A DNA stretch of 64,000 nucleotides from Eledone cirrhosa (GCA_964016885.1 OZ024740.1:116932001-116996000), one strand, 5' to 3'. Counted from the first letter of the stretch, positions 28,353 through 42,990 are shown. The notes: a model not told the origin generated them from the letters alone. Made by a program: numbers and translations.

Positions 28353-28610
28353 CGTCTGGCGGAACAGAAAGAAAGAGACAGAAGCAGGAGTGATCATGAA
28401 TCGGATGGTCTGAGAGCTGAGCGTCTGGCGGAACAGAGGGAAGGAGACAGAAGCAGGAGACATCATGAATCGGATGGTCAGAGAGCTGAGCGTCTGGCGG
28501 AACAGAGGGAAAGAGACAGAAGCAGGAGACATCATGAATCGGATGGTCGGAGAGCTGAGCGTCTGGCGGAACAGGGGAAAGAGACAAGAAGGAGATATCA
28601 TGAATCGGAC
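28353..28610 (+). repeat. 69-bp coding tandem repeat (about 4 units) in the RepHel N-terminus
   Basis: cgtctggcggaacag at 28353, 28422, 28491 and 28560; consensus unit RLAEQRERDRSRRHHESDGRRAE. Confidence 0.9.
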
Positions 28611-29088
28611 GTTTGCCAACAAACCATTAGGGATAGAGCAAGGAAAGTTCAACGACGTGACCTCTCTGCTGATGTTGGAAAGATGAATAAGATGTGTCTG
28701 TTGTCATGCAATGCTTTTTCATGGTGAAACTGCTAACTTTTGCTGTATGAATGGAAAAGTCAGGTTGGGGAATCTGCAGCCTTTACCCCCAGGAACTTCA
28801 CAGTTTATTTAGTACTGATCAACCTAGGGCAAACGAGTTCAGGAAGAACCTCAGACAATACAACTGCCTGTTCCAAACGACATCGTTTGGGGCCGAAGAA
28901 GTTCGTTCCTCAGGGAGTGGATGGAATCCTTCTATCGTTATTCATGGTCAAATTCACCATTACATCGGTTCCTTAACCCCTAATCCCAACGAACGACCCC
29001 AATTTCTTCAAATTTACTTCTTGGATCCTCAGGATAGTGTTGATTTGAGGATCAGGATACTCCAGCGCGACATAGTTGAATTATTGGA

Positions 29089-29271
29089 AATAATTGTTTC
29101 TACTTTAGGCACAAGGCCAGCAATTACCCAGTGCATTACTGGTACTTTATTTTATCGACCCCGTAAGGATGAAAGGCAAAGTCAACCTCGGCGGGATTTG
29201 AACTCAGATCATAAAGGGACGTAACTATGCTGGAAAGCATGGCGTCCGACACTCTACCGATACTGCCAATC
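29089..29271 (-). mobile_element. SINE S1 nested in RepHel
   Basis: Interrupts ...DIVELLE | KLRQYNPY...; nearly identical to 58030-58207. Confidence 0.92.
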
Positions 29272-32200
29272 AAACTCAGACAATATAACCCTTACATTGC
29301 TTCATTTCGAATGACAAAAGAACAAATTAAAAATATTCCCGAAGCTTCGGTTATTATTGATCCTGATAGGAGACCAGCAATGGAACATGAGAGAAGATTC
29401 AATGCACAAACTGCAAACGAAGTTGCCGTTATTATACAAAACAGCACCGAACTTCAAGCAAAAGCACGGCACATTGTGTTGAAATAAAAAGGCGGACAAT
29501 TGCCAATAATCTCAGAGTCCCATCGGTCCTATGACAGTTTGCAGTATGTTCTATCTTTTCCTTTTGGCGATGACGGATGGCATCATGAGCTGTTAATGAG
29601 CAACAACAAGAAGTTGACGCCAATGCGCTACTATGCCTATCGAAAAATGAACCATGAGAATTCATTTCTCAGAGGCGGTCGTTTATTTCAGCAATATTTG
29701 GTTGACATGGCTGCGAAGATTGAAGGAGATAGACTGCAATACATCTGAATGAATCAAACATCATTGCGATTTACAACATACAATACGCATTGAATAATGA
29801 TGACGATTTTCGCAATATCGGCAGGCGAATCATACTCTCTTCCACATTTGTCGGTGGACCGAGATATATGGTGGAGCGATGCCAGGATGCCATGATGTAC
29901 ATACGGAAGTCGGCAATCCTTCGTTCTTCATCATAATGACATGCAATCCAAACTGGCCTGAAATCCGGCAAAACCTATTCCTGAATCAGAAGCCACATGA
30001 CAGTTCAGATTTAATTGCCAGAGTATTTGACCTGAAGCGGAAACTGTTAAGAAAGTATCTTACTGGAGTAGATGGCCTATTTGGAAAGTCCATTGCTTAC
30101 CTGCTGACAGTCGAATATCAAAGGCAACGTCTTCCTCATGTGCACTGTTTGCTAGGGCTCAATGAAGCCTCCAAGCCCAGACCGCAGGAATATGATAAAT
30201 TTGTTCAAGCCGAAATACCAGATCCAAACAAAGATCCAGAGGGTCATGAATTGGTGCTGAAGCACATGATTCACGGTCCGAATTGCTCTAACAATTCGCC
30301 GTGTTGGAAAAATGGAACGTGCAGTAAGCGGTACCCTAAGCCTTTCAATGAATACACATTGTGTGGAGAGGACTCTTATCCTGTATACAGAAGACGGTCT
30401 CCGGGAATGGGGGGATTTGAGGGGCACCAAGAAGAAAGGGGAAGCCGAAATATAACTTCGGAATGGGTGGTTCCCTACAATATGAAACTATTAAAACTGT
30501 TCAACTGCCACCTAAACGTAGAGATGTGCTCTTCCGTGAAATCGATCAAATACGTTATCAAATATACCATGAAGGGCAGTGATCAGGCAATGTTTGGAGT
30601 GAACAGGGAAGATGAGATAATACAGTATTTAACAGGAAGATATATCGGTCCTTCAGAATCTGTTGCCTTGGTACTTGGATTTCCGATTCATGAGAGAGAA
30701 CCGGCCGTAGGTCGCCTTCAAGTTCATCTACCCGAGGAAAATCAAATCTTCTTTCGGGTCAATGCTGCTGTTAAAGTAAACAATAACATGGCTAAGACGA
30801 CTCTGACTGAGTTCATGGATCTTTGCGATCGCGATCCGTTTGCAAAAACATTGTATTATGCCGATGTGCCAAAGTTTTAAGAGTAATAAGAGATGGGAAA
30901 GGAGAAAGGTGGGGAAAACAGTTGAGCAGTATCCAGGGATTTTTGAGGCGAACGTTTTGGGACGAGTATACACTGTTTCTCCACGAATTAGTAACCTGTA
31001 TTATTTAAGACTCCTTCTGCATCACGTCAAAGGGCCAGTATCCTTCAACTCTTTGAAAATGTGTGATGGAGAACTCCTGCCATTATTCAAAGACGTCTAC
31101 AGAGAGAAGGGTTTGCTTCAATCGGATGGTCATTGGCAGCAGACTCTGGAAGATGCTGAGCGAACAAGGCTTCCCAAAGCCATGAGATATCTATTCATCG
31201 TGCTCCTCACAAATACGGAAATTGACAATTCCAGTGCTTTAGGGGTTCGATTTAAGCATTCGCTGTCTGAGGATTACCTTCAAATAGAAAAAAGGGCTAC
31301 CAGAAACTCCAACCTTTTTATTAGCGAGAGACATTATGATCAATGTCTTCTGTATTTTGAAGACAAACTTAACGACCTGAGCAAAAGTCTTAATGACTTT
31401 AACTTGCCAAGGTCAAATAATATTGTTGCTAATCAGGATATTGGCAATTTTGAGTTATTGCATGAATTGCAATACACCAGAGAAGAGCAGCAACGATTTG
31501 TAGAAGAGACGGAGCCTCTATTGAATAGTGAACAAAAACACGTGTACGACTTCGTTTGTAACAGTTTAGAGACGAACACATCTGCATTGATTTTCATTGA
31601 CGCTCCAGGTGGAACAGGAAATACATTCCTGATTAACTTAATTCTTTCAAAAGTCAGGGGAAACGGTGACGTGGCTATTGCTGTTGCGTCATCTAGCATT
31701 GCCACAACACTGATGCCTGGTGGAAGAACAGCGCATTCTAGGTTCAAAATACCGATAGTAGTGAAAGAAAATGGTCTGTGCAACATTGATAAAAACTCAA
31801 AGACGGCAAACCTCTTCCAGCATACAAGGCTGATTGTTTGGGATGAGTGTCCTATGATTCGGAGGGAAAGCTTCGAAGCTGTTGACCTCACTCTGCGTGA
31901 CATATGCGACAGCAATGAGGCATTCGGTGGAATTTTGACAATTTGCTGTGGCGATTTCCGTCAGCTTCTTCCGGTAGTGAAAAGGGGAAATGAAGCGGAC
32001 GTGGAAAACGCCTGCATTAAAAAATCCTACTTATGGCGAAGCTTCACAAGATTTCAGTTGAAGACAAACATGCCATTGGGTGGGGGAGCAGGAGACTATT
32101 CACAGTTCCTATTGGATATTGGAGAAGATAAGATAAAAAAACTGAAAATGAGGAAATTATTTTGCCAAAAGAAATGGTTCTCCAAGCAACAACTATGGAA

Positions 32201-34135
32201 GAATGTATTGATTTCATCTACCCCTCATTCGACAATCCAGGCTGAAGTGTTTTCGAACAATTGCATCTTAGTACCTCTCAATGAAATGATGAGAAGCATC
32301 AATTCCACCTGTATCAGACTCTTCCCTGGAACCATAAAAGAGTACCGATCCTATAATTCTGTGAGTGATGGTGCCAATGCCACTCATTTCCCGACTGAAT
32401 TCCTTGATTCGGTTGAACTATCAGGACTGCCACCACATAACCTGGAATTGAAAAAAGGATCGCCAATAATTCTCATGAGAAACTTGAATCCTCCAAGGCT
32501 TTGTAATGGAACGCGCGTGATCGTGGAAGAACTGCACGACAATCTCATAGTAGCAAGAATCAACACTGCTGCTTTCAGAAATGAGATCGTTATGATACAT
32601 AGAATAAGAATTAATCTATCCGAAGGTGAGGATATCCCTTTGCAGCGAAGCCAATTCCCAGTTCAATCGTGCTTCGCTATGACTATTCATAAAACTATGG
32701 AAAACGTCTTGGTTTATCTGGAACGACCTGTATTCCAACACGGTCAACTGTATGTAGTCCTTAGCCGCGGAAAACGAAAAGAAAATGTCAGAGTGTTTCT
32801 GAAGAATACCCAGTCAACTAAGAATGTTGTCATCAAAAGCATTCTTTTGAACAAACTGTAACAGCGTAAATATGAGAAAATGTTGATTCCGACGTCAGAA
32901 AATGAAAGGAAAAGGAAAAGCTAAGACAAGTAAGAATAATTTCTTTCAAATTTTTTGTAAATAAAACCAGCTTTTCACTAACATTGCAACTTTTTAAGCA
33001 GAAAAATCTTTCAGAACAAACAGTCAAGCATCCATAGAGATATAGAAAAAAAAATTTTGAAGTGGAGTGATTGGATAGCTATTAGTGAAAAATGATTTGA
33101 TATTTCCTTTGTGAAAATACTTGTGAATAATACAGTGAAAAGACAAGTTTCGCGTAAATCGGACCACGGGTTCCCGAGATACGCGGGGTTTTTCGGGTAC
33201 CTTTATAAATAGCCAAATCAGCGCATAATGGGAAAATTCTTTGAAAGTAAGGTACCATTGAAATGTGAATACAAACGCAGATAGTGGTTGTGAGAGAGAG
33301 AGAGAGGGAGAGAGCTGGTGGTATTGTTGAATGAAATTATGACAGCTGACTTCAAAGAATTGTATACAGTATTACTGTATCTAGCTTGTATTTGGTGATT
33401 GAATATTAAGTTATATGTATCTTATAACTTGTGTTAGGACAGGATGTATGTGTGTGTGTGTCTGTAACCAGTGTATATAGGCCACAGACACCCACCCACC
33501 CACACAAACACACACACATATATATATACACGTACATATACACACACACATACACGTATATATATATTGGCTTTCCAATGTCATTTTACATTATATACAC
33601 TTTGTGCATATTTTAATTATTTAAAAATTATTTTTAAGTGAACAAGACCCAACGGGTCACGGGTGGTCTAGTATCAACTAAAGCTCCACACATTTTCGAC
33701 TGGCAAGTCAGCCGAAACAAAGGAAGTGCTCCGTTGGGATTTTACTAATTACTACATACACACACAAATACATAGGGAAAGACAGATAAAATTGTTGGGT
33801 ATCTGTTGCGGGTAAAAAACCTGAATACCCCCCCCCCCCTCTCCGTAACTAGATGTGGACTAGGTGAAACTATAAATAAGAACTGAAGTTAACTGTCAGG
33901 GGAACTGTGTGTACGGAGTCTCGTTGTAGTCTCTCTTTGGTAGTTCTGGATTAAACTTGGTGAATACTTTGGGTTTTACCCTCGTTTCGTACATATATAA
34001 AAAAACAGGTGTCTCACACCATCATAACAGTATCGTTATTTACATACCCACTAATTTTACCTGACATTCCAGATGATTTCATACGAATGAACGAGTTCTA
34101 GATCTGTTGATATATATATATATATAGATATATTA

Positions 34136-34230
34136 ATTTCAAGCAATTGAATAGCCCAAACAATGCATTAAAAGAATTTAAAAGTTTTAATTCTTTTATG
34201 CATTATTTGGGCTTTTTAATCACTTGAAAT
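34136..34230. repeat. Imperfect 95-bp palindrome at the start of a TA-flanked insert
   Basis: atttcaag...agcccaaacaatgcat-aaaagaatt / aattctttt-atgcattatttgggct...cttgaaat. Confidence 0.7.
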
Positions 34231-34268
34231 CATTATGATCGTAATGTTTTGAAAAACTGCCCCAAATC

Positions 34269-34307
<39 letters not shown>

Positions 34308-34506
34308 TGTGTGTGTGCATACCATTAGATCGAATCCCAGGCTTAAATTGAGAATTATTTGATTTATCTATACTGGGATTTGCACCCAGCTGGACCTGAA
34401 CCCAGAACGATAAGGGACATTACAAATACCACATTGTCCGCCAAGAACACCGATACCCTCAATCATACACACCCATATACTTGCACATCATATTATATAT
34501 ATGTGC

Positions 34507-34540
<34 letters not shown>

Positions 34541-36107
34541 GTTTGTGTGTGTATGTGTGCGTGTGTGTCTATGCGTGTCTGTGTATGTGTAGATAGGTAG
34601 ATAGACAAAAAGTGAGAGGGAGAGGGAATAAGAAGAGAAGAGATGAATTATATAGACAACTATATAGCTGTATATATCTTCGTGTGAGAAAGAGTACTTG
34701 ACTTAACATTTCATGGATCAATGAAGGCGTCATGGTAGGACGATACCCATTTTTGGTAAACGTGATAAGGCATATACTTCTGATAAATGCCAATAGTTAA
34801 TGACAATACTGCTGCTCCCCTATATTTTATTCCTATTCTCATTTCAATTTTTATATACTTGAGCAACTTCCCACTATATCCAACTCTTATTACATCACGA
34901 ATACACTACTCTTTATCTATCTAACATTAAGCTAAATTGCCATAGACTTCTAATTCAGCATACAGATTTCAGAGAGGCGTCAATGAAAGTAAATTACAGT
35001 TTAAAACTCCATTTTATCTTCATCGTTTTATCACTGTTATAATAACACCAGCGATTTCAAATCTAGTCAGAGACCACTTTGCTTTAAATCCTTATGGGTT
35101 CGGTAAAATAAGATACCTATCAAGCACATGGTTCAATTTAATCATTTTTGTCCTCTCGTCAAAATTGCTGGTGTTGTGGCTAAATTAGAAGAACGAGTTC
35201 AAAACCAATCAGATCACACTTTTATTTAATACTTAAGTAGCACTAATAACAATTTGTTACATTTTGCAAAACAAGTGGTTCCTGGTACCTGATCATTACT
35301 TATTTTGAGAATTTTGCTGAAACCAAAATATTCTGCTGTAACTAGCATGCGAATCTCTAATTTAACCTATCCGAATATAGGCACCATCCGTCTCCGGACT
35401 CTTAAATAGTTCATATCCTGTCAGACTCCCATGTGGGCTAATGTAGCTTTTTCTCTTTCTAGACTATATTCTATCAATTCACAATTCCTCCTATGTTTCA
35501 ACGATCTACTTTCTACTATCCCAACAATGCCACATGAAACCTAACTTTACACATCATGTTAAATCTGCATTAATTTCCGCCTTCGACAGCAAAAAGACAC
35601 AATCACTGCTAATATGAACAATACTTAACTAGAATTATTACAATCACTTCAAATGCAAATTGGTCTTCCTCTTCAGATTCAGAAAATAACTTATCCTCCT
35701 AAAGAACTAAAACTCTGTAAAGCACCTATGGGAAACATTTTGAGACGCTTCCATTGCTATACACAAACAGCATTGACTGCATCCAAGGAAAGGCCTAGCA
35801 ACTGATTAGTATGAAGTCAGTTACAAACATATTGCTACTTCTAGCCTACAGACGTGGTATCTTTCTCCAGTTATTCTACTGCTACTACATTAGCTTCTCC
35901 ACGGAGCTCGTAGGTTTTGTATCATTCCAACTGATTAGCTTTCAACTGACTTGACTTTTTTTTCTCTCGTTCTCCATATTGTGTCCACACAGTAAACCAA
36001 GTATTCTCACCTGAAAAGCAGGTTGTCTGAAATTCCGTTCCTACATGTCTCATTTTTCTGCAACCATAGATTTGTAGCTATTCGAGAAGAACGTGAAACT
36101 AAGCTCA

Positions 36108-36163
36108 ATGAGCCTGCGAAGGTCACTGAGCCTGCGAAGGTCAATGAGCCTGCGAAGGTCACT
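36108..36163. repeat. 18-bp tandem repeat x3
   Basis: tgagcctgcgaaggtca(c/a) repeated. Confidence 0.85.
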
Positions 36164-36723
36164 GGCAGAGTCCCTTTCTCCAGAATTAAACAATAAATAA
36201 AACCTGTTAGAAAGATTGGCAGAATTGGTAGAGTGTCTGATAGAATGCCATTTTAGTATTTTTACTGGTTCTTTATATTCTGAGGACGATAAAATATAGT
36301 ACCAGTCAAGTATTGGAGTCGATTTAATCAACTTTAACCTTCCCCCAAATTTGCTGGCCTTGTTCTGTTCTACGTTAGAAAGCAATATGACTACCTGATC
36401 CTCTCTTCACTTTCTCATGTCAGAACTGGGTCTATCTTAAAGAAATATATAATATTTGAGCCGTATGCCCATGTTAGAAATTATTATGAATAGATCCTGA
36501 GATGAAACTTAAACTTTTAGTGGTATTTAAAAAAGAAATGTGTGTTTGAGGATTTTGCGTTCATTATAAATAAATGTGTATTGAGAACATTTTTTTTTGT
36601 GTCCGCATATGTAGTTTTTTTAATGATTATGCGTATGTACGTATATATGTATTTAGCCGAGTATTAATTTATCTATAATGTAAATGAATCCTCTCTTTCT
36701 TTCTCTCTTTCTCTGTATATATA

Positions 36724-36771
<48 letters not shown>

Positions 36772-37251
36772 AGAGAGAGAGAGAGCGAGAGAGAGAAAGA
36801 GAGGGAGAAAGAGAGAGAGAGAGAGAGTGTGTGTGTGTGAGAGAGTGAGAGAGATAAATATCAGCGCACATATGTATATGTAATAATGAATGTATATATA
36901 TATATATATTGTAGGCGTATGTGCATCAGAGTCTGTCCGTGTGTCTGTTTGCATGTGTGTTTGCATCGCAATAAGTCTCAAGGGGGTTCGGATTAGAGTA
37001 ACGAGCCTCTCGTAAACTTTATACATAGATTTACTTCCAATCTTGAGTGTCCCTCTTCTAGTTTCTACTTCCGACAAAAAATATATGTTGCGGTTGGGTG
37101 GATATTTCCTGTACACAACCTTACTCTACCATCACTGGGAAACTAAGTCCTTTGAATTATTCTAGTTCATAAAGCTAGACATAGACGTTTGGTATTTATT
37201 ATACACTGTATTAATGACAACACTTCATATCTCAATCTTATATATATATAT

Positions 37252-37348
<97 letters not shown>

Positions 37349-37570
37349 ATAAGTAGAAAAAGTAGAAAAGTGTCAGTGAGTCCGAAGTTTCAGTTTGGTT
37401 ACTTCATCTACTTGAAAAATGAAGTGACTAACCTGAAACTTGGAAGTCACTGCCAATTTTCTATCAATCACATACATAAATCAATCAATTGATGTTTAGT
37501 TGCTTTAAATATTATGGTATTTTAAACACAGTCCAATACGCACAAACATACCACACACACACACACACAC

Positions 37571-37641
<71 letters not shown>

Positions 37642-38224
37642 TCCGTTTTGTATTGAGTGTTTTGAGAATGTGTATGCAATAGAGATATATTAAGATATCG
37701 AGTCATTGACCTGTTACGCTGGAGTTTCAGAAGGTCTTAGAATTGTCATAATATGCTCGCTGTTTTGTTTCTGGGGGATTTGATTGAGAGTAGTTATGGG
37801 TTGTTGAATATGGTAGTGATTGTGATTATTTCTTGCGACTGTAGGTATTTTAGGTGCATGTATGGGATTTGGTAAGGCCCTTGAAGCTTTTAATATCTTT
37901 TTCTATCTTTTCTTTAAGTATTTTAATACCTCTTTTTTCGTGTCTGGTGAAAGGAACTGGTCAATATAGAAGGTCAAGTAGAAGGTACGTATCTTGAGTT
38001 TTCAGCTTCTGTCTTTGTTCTGAAGAAATGCATTTAATGAGAGTTTGCTTTCTGTTAAAGTGAGTATCTTACTTCACACTATCTTTGTTGTTACCATTTA
38101 GCCTCAAATTTATGAGCAAAAGGTATTTTAACCATGACAATCTAATTTTTTTCAGATATTATATTTCTAAGATCCTAAGTGTTATTGTGACATGTACTAG
38201 AAAACGCTTGATGAAGTGAAACAC

Positions 38225-38300
38225 TGCCTCACCATCCTTCGGGGAAACGCCTTCTCTATTCTGTCCGCCGCGAGGCCGCAGGACGGCCAGTGCGTGGGCT
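38225..38300 (+). mobile_element. Probable CRE-clade LINE 3' tip
   Basis: GC-rich island translating LTILRGNAFSILSAA, like the terminal QRGNAxxI motif of CRE restriction-like endonucleases. Confidence 0.45.
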
Positions 38301-38829
38301 CACTTTTGTTCATAATAGCTAGAGTTGGGGAGAGCGTGAGAGATGGAGACAGTGACACATTAATAATTAATACGAAAGTTGTTATAGTTTCATTTTTCAT
38401 TGAGTGTTTTATGCTTTTCCTTATTAATTCGTTGTTTAGAAGTTTGCTGCTGATAATATGTACGCAGTCATAGTTGTAGGCTTTTAATATAACGCCATTC
38501 ACGTCGAGGATGCTTTATAGGTGTAGCAAATTAATCATAGTATTTCACTAGTACTTTATTTTGTTTTATTAATCTCGGTGAATTGAAAGAGTCGGTAGAT
38601 ATTTAGTTACTGCACTTTGTGTTCTGTATTCAAATTTCTGCCGAGATTATCTTTGCCTTTTATACTTTTAGGGACGATAGAATAAAGTACCGTATTTTCA
38701 GTGTATCAGGTGCATTTTTACACCCCAAGATTGACGTAAAAACAGGCCTGCCCACACTCACACACACACACACGCACATATATCTACATATAGTTATAGT
38801 CTTATATATATATAAATATATATACGCAC

Positions 38830-39030
38830 CGAATGTTTTTCTCAGTTTTCTTTCCCCGTTATTTCCTATTCTCACTCTTTATCTTTCTATTTCACCTTTT
38901 ATTCTTCATTCTATCGTCTGATAAAGGAATAGTGTCTGAAACGTTAAGACACTTTTCCTGTTGTTTGAAGCGTTAAAACTAATATATTTCTTCATTGTAC
39001 TGTGCCGTTTGCTTTGCTATTTCTTTTTAC

Positions 39031-39035
<5 letters not shown>
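38830..39035 (+). mobile_element. PLE-like 3' end (family D) with G8A hammerhead (38911-38950)
   Basis: cgt CTGATAA aggaatagtgtct GAAA cgtt aagac; palindromic aacgtt. Confidence 0.6.
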
Positions 39036-39097
<62 letters not shown>

Positions 39098-39512
39098 GCG
39101 TGTGTGTGTGTGTAATTATATTTATACGCTAGCAATTTTTGAGGAAAACCACTGTTGTGCTGCAATTTAATCGACTTTCACATAGTCTAAAGAAATATAC
39201 TAGGTCAGTTTTTCCAATGTTTGAAAATGTATGTCTGTTTGAATGCACACATGTGTAAATACATTAATTCATATTGAAATGAATATACCATAATTAGATA
39301 GTTTCTTCATTATTGGCAGCGAAAACCCAGTGATAAGAATCTGAAGACACACCAATAATTTATATAACGTTCTCTGACCGCACCATTTAATGCGAAACAA
39401 ATTTATTAATGTATGATTAAATCAACGACTTGAAAAAAAAAAAAAAAATTATCAAAAGAGAGAATGACATCTTCTATATCCGGCATTGCTTTTTAAAGTA
39501 ACATATAAAATA

Positions 39513-39545
39513 CTAGCAGAAACACCGCCCGTGGGCGGTATTCAA
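39513..39545 (-). mobile_element. Helitron-type 3' terminus
   Basis: Reverse complement: accgccc-ac-gggcggt GC hairpin, then gtttctg-CTAG|T. The 5' end was not located. Confidence 0.55.
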
Positions 39546-40031
39546 TGTATACAGATGTATGAAAAGGGAACATTAAATCTTTTAGGTGTGAGAGATACGA
39601 TTTCGTACCAATGTGTATGATGTTATGGTTTATTTAATTTAATTCAACAATATTCATGATCTACAGAATGAACTTTACAGAAAAACAGAAAATTCTAGCT
39701 CAGAAGAGAATTTAAGGGAAAGTTAGTTAGCAGAATAAACATTACATAAAAAACCCAGAAAATTCTAGCTCAGAAGAGAATTTAAGGGAAAGTTCAATAA
39801 CGTTCCTCTCTACCATCTAATGAGGTAGAGAGGAACAGAAAAATGTAGCCAAAATATCAAAGCTGGGACTGACTTAACAAAGTTGTATAGCGTTGCTAAG
39901 ACGAGACTGCTTTAGGAAAAGTGTTAGTGTAGGGGAGTTAACTAATATTGAGAAGATGCAGCTGTATGTGTGCATGTAGTGCATGTGGTTAAGAGTAATT
40001 ATGGGGCCAAATATATATATATTTGGCCCAT

Positions 40032-40099
<68 letters not shown>

Positions 40100-41810
40100 A
40101 GATGCGTGAGTTCGATCCCGGCCCGGGCGGTCCCTTGTGTCATTGAACAAGATACTTTATTTCACGTTGCTCAAGTCTTTTATTTACTACTTGGCTTGGT
40201 GACATGGGCCTCATGGTGGTAAGGTTATGAGCTCGATCACCGGTCCCAGTAGTGTGTTCTATCTATTGTTTTATGCCGTTCCACAACCTTCAGCTGAATG
40301 TGAGAGCTAGCATCAGCAGCTGGGGGTTAACTTTGCAACAGACTGGGTTGGATCATATGCTCTCTACAGCTTAAATCCACATGAAATCGGAATAATTTGT
40401 TCTGATGATCCCTTTCACTAAAAGAAAGACTTTTTAAAACACTCTATAGTATCATTAGCTACATTCTCAAGATTTTTTTCAAATTCAAGTCTGGTGATAA
40501 AACTTATTATACTGTTGTTGGACCGAATCTTACCAGCATTTCCGTCTTGTGGTATCATATACACTTCGTTGCATATGAGAATGATGGCGCCAGATACATA
40601 CTTTACATCTTTTAAAACTTATGAATGTATGTATAAAGCTATGTTTCCTAACCAACATCATATTTGCAAGATCTCAAACAGTGTACGTTATATTTCCTCA
40701 TTATAGTTTCTATTATTGCTTCTTTCTTTTTTCTTTTTCTTCTCATACAGGAAAAAGAACAGGAAAAAGAATATTTTTATGGCTTAGTCAAAGGAGGAAG
40801 TACAGTGCCAATGGATTTTGCCACACATCCGAGAATGTTGGGAAGGAAAAAGAAGAAAACAGCTCGATTCAGAGGTTGTTGCAAAAGGAAACAGGGCATC
40901 AAAAAATTAAGGTTCTGGTTCGAATGCTCGCAAATTAGTTACCGTTACTGTTACCGATCTTATGACCATCCAGTGTGGTGGGGACGCTGCTAGGTGGAGC
41001 AGTTACCCATAAGCCTCCATTCATTTATGCCGCATGCCAGGACTTGTGTTGACACGATGTTTTACCGATTTATTCGGTTATGTTATCAAATATTTTGTGG
41101 TAAATTTTTGCATTTTTCGGGTCGGCTTTATTCTGTATCATGTTGACACCTTTATATTGAATTAAACTCTGCTTTAATGGTTCTTTATTTGTTTGTATAT
41201 CAGCTGGGCATGGGGCATCACGTCCTTAGTTTATTCGGGTTCAGGGCATATTGTTTATCTCGGTGGTTCATTGGTGTTTATCGTTTAGAAAATTCCTGGG
41301 GGAAAGCACTGAAAGGCTGGAGCATGATAAACTGTGCAATGTGGGCGTTGTTGGTGCAGACAATAATTGTTTCTACTTTTGGTACAAGGCCAGCAGTTAG
41401 AAAGGAATGGGAAGTCGGTTAAATCGACCCCCAGTACGTTGCTGGTACTATATTTTAACGATCTCATAAGGATAAAAGGTAAAATTAACCTCGACGAGAT
41501 AGCAAATAATAAAGATTATTATTATATAGAAACTACGTAATATGACGGTTATAGCTTTATAACGTCCATCTTCCCCATACCAGTGGTTGGTGCGAGTCGG
41601 TGGTAGGTTTAATGTGAAATGGGGACACAGTTGGAAGAATATGCGGGATCTAGCTGATCCTTGATGTTTCTGAGATCCAGTATAAGCCAATGTTTATATT
41701 TGGCTTGAATTCTAGGTTGACTTTAATTTTATGGATGTATTTAATTACAGATAAGGGTTATCGACAGTCTTATTTGCATACACTCACACACAGACAAAAA
41801 CACATACACA

Positions 41811-41856
<46 letters not shown>

Positions 41857-41971
41857 TACACACACACACACACACAAGTATATGTATACAGATATGTATA
41901 TATATATCTGTATATACGTATATATATATATATATATATTATATACACAATCATACACACCCGTGTATATT

Positions 41972-42034
<63 letters not shown>

Positions 42035-42100
42035 TTAGGTTTGTTGGTTCACCACTGGATAGAACTGGTCATTCCGTATGGTCAACCTCGATGTAATATT

Positions 42101-42330
42101 GGTTTCTTATATAGGCACAAGGCCAGTAATTTTTTTTTTGGGGGGGGGGGGGGGAGAAAGTCGATTAAATCGACCCCAGTGCGTTACTGGTACTTTATTT
42201 TATCGACCCCATAAGGATGAAAGGCAAAGTTAACCTCGGCGGGATTTGAGCTCAAATCATAAAGAGCCGTAACTCTATGCTGCAAAGCATGGCGTCCGAC
42301 CCTCTACCGATACTGCCAATCCACTGCCCT
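42101..42330 (-). mobile_element. SINE S1, long variant
   Basis: 16-bp TSD acctcgatgtaatatt (42085-42100 and 42331-42346); extra gtcgattaaatcgac and G-tract segment. Confidence 0.92.
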
Positions 42331-42628
42331 ACCTCGATGTAATATTAGGGACAGCATCGACGTAATGCAACTCACCCGTCTTCGTTTGTGTTGTTGGTGG
42401 TGCGAGTACGGAGTTAATTATTATAAAATAACAAGAGGCTGGACTGGTGTAATTCCTTAAAGGTTTATTATACTATGAACATTTCAATGGCGGGGTTCAG
42501 TATGAATCCGGTGACATCATCAGGTATTCGAAATTTAATAAAGGAATATAATCCATGGGGCTGAAAAGGCAGAGAGACAAGAAGGCGGCCACACATTTAG
42601 CAGTTTCTAGTTCGGTCGGCCGCCTTCA

Positions 42629-42703
<75 letters not shown>

Positions 42704-42732
42704 TGTGTGCGCGTGTGTGTATGTATGTATGT

Positions 42733-42990
42733 ATGGCCCAGTAACTCCTGATAGAGTCGTAGGGGCGCCGTATTGACATACGGCGTTTTTTTGCCATTTT
42801 AAGCCTGGTGGAGCCCATCCCTCACCAGGCATCAGTACACCAAATTTCTTCCAGAGAGGAGCAGAATCAACACCAGTAGTAGACTGGTACTTTTTATCGA
42901 CCTCGAAAGGATGAAAGGAAAAGTTGACCTCGGCGGGATTTGAACTCAGAGACCAGAAAGTCGGAACGAATACTATAAAGCATTCCATGC
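42733..42990 (-). mobile_element. SINE with S1-like head and body but a different tail ending in (CATA)n
   Basis: Tail ...ccgtatgtcaatacggcgcccctacgactctatcaggagttactgggcc(atac)n; homologue at 47300-47625 (+). Confidence 0.7.

Larger units (their letters stand above)
28184..32861 (+). pseudogene. Helitron RepHel transposase (Zn finger, HUH Rep, PIF1-family helicase), frameshifted
   Basis: Zn finger CHAMLFHGETANFCCMNGKV. Rep motifs FIIMTCNPNW, VEYQRQRLPHVH, KYVIKYTMKG. Helicase motifs DAPGGTGNTF (Walker A K>N), WDECPM, GDFRQLLPV, GLPPH, LCNGTR, FAMTIHK, HGQLYVVLSR. Multiple stops and frameshifts. Confidence 0.95.
27437..33671 (+). mobile_element. Helitron, formerly autonomous, decayed
   Basis: A|TCccttcgtaaatagcc 5' end; RepHel coding region; 3' hairpin gaccc-aac-gggtc and CTAG|T at 33668-33671; no TSD. 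Confidence 0.88.

Noticed and set aside
28353-28610. Regular repeats as a CRISPR-like array
   Set aside because: The units are contiguous with no unique spacers and lie in Helitron coding sequence.
40751-40911. Plus-strand exon candidate after a strong polypyrimidine tract and CAG
   Set aside because: The donor is weak, two frames are open, and no protein is recognisable; it cannot be supported.
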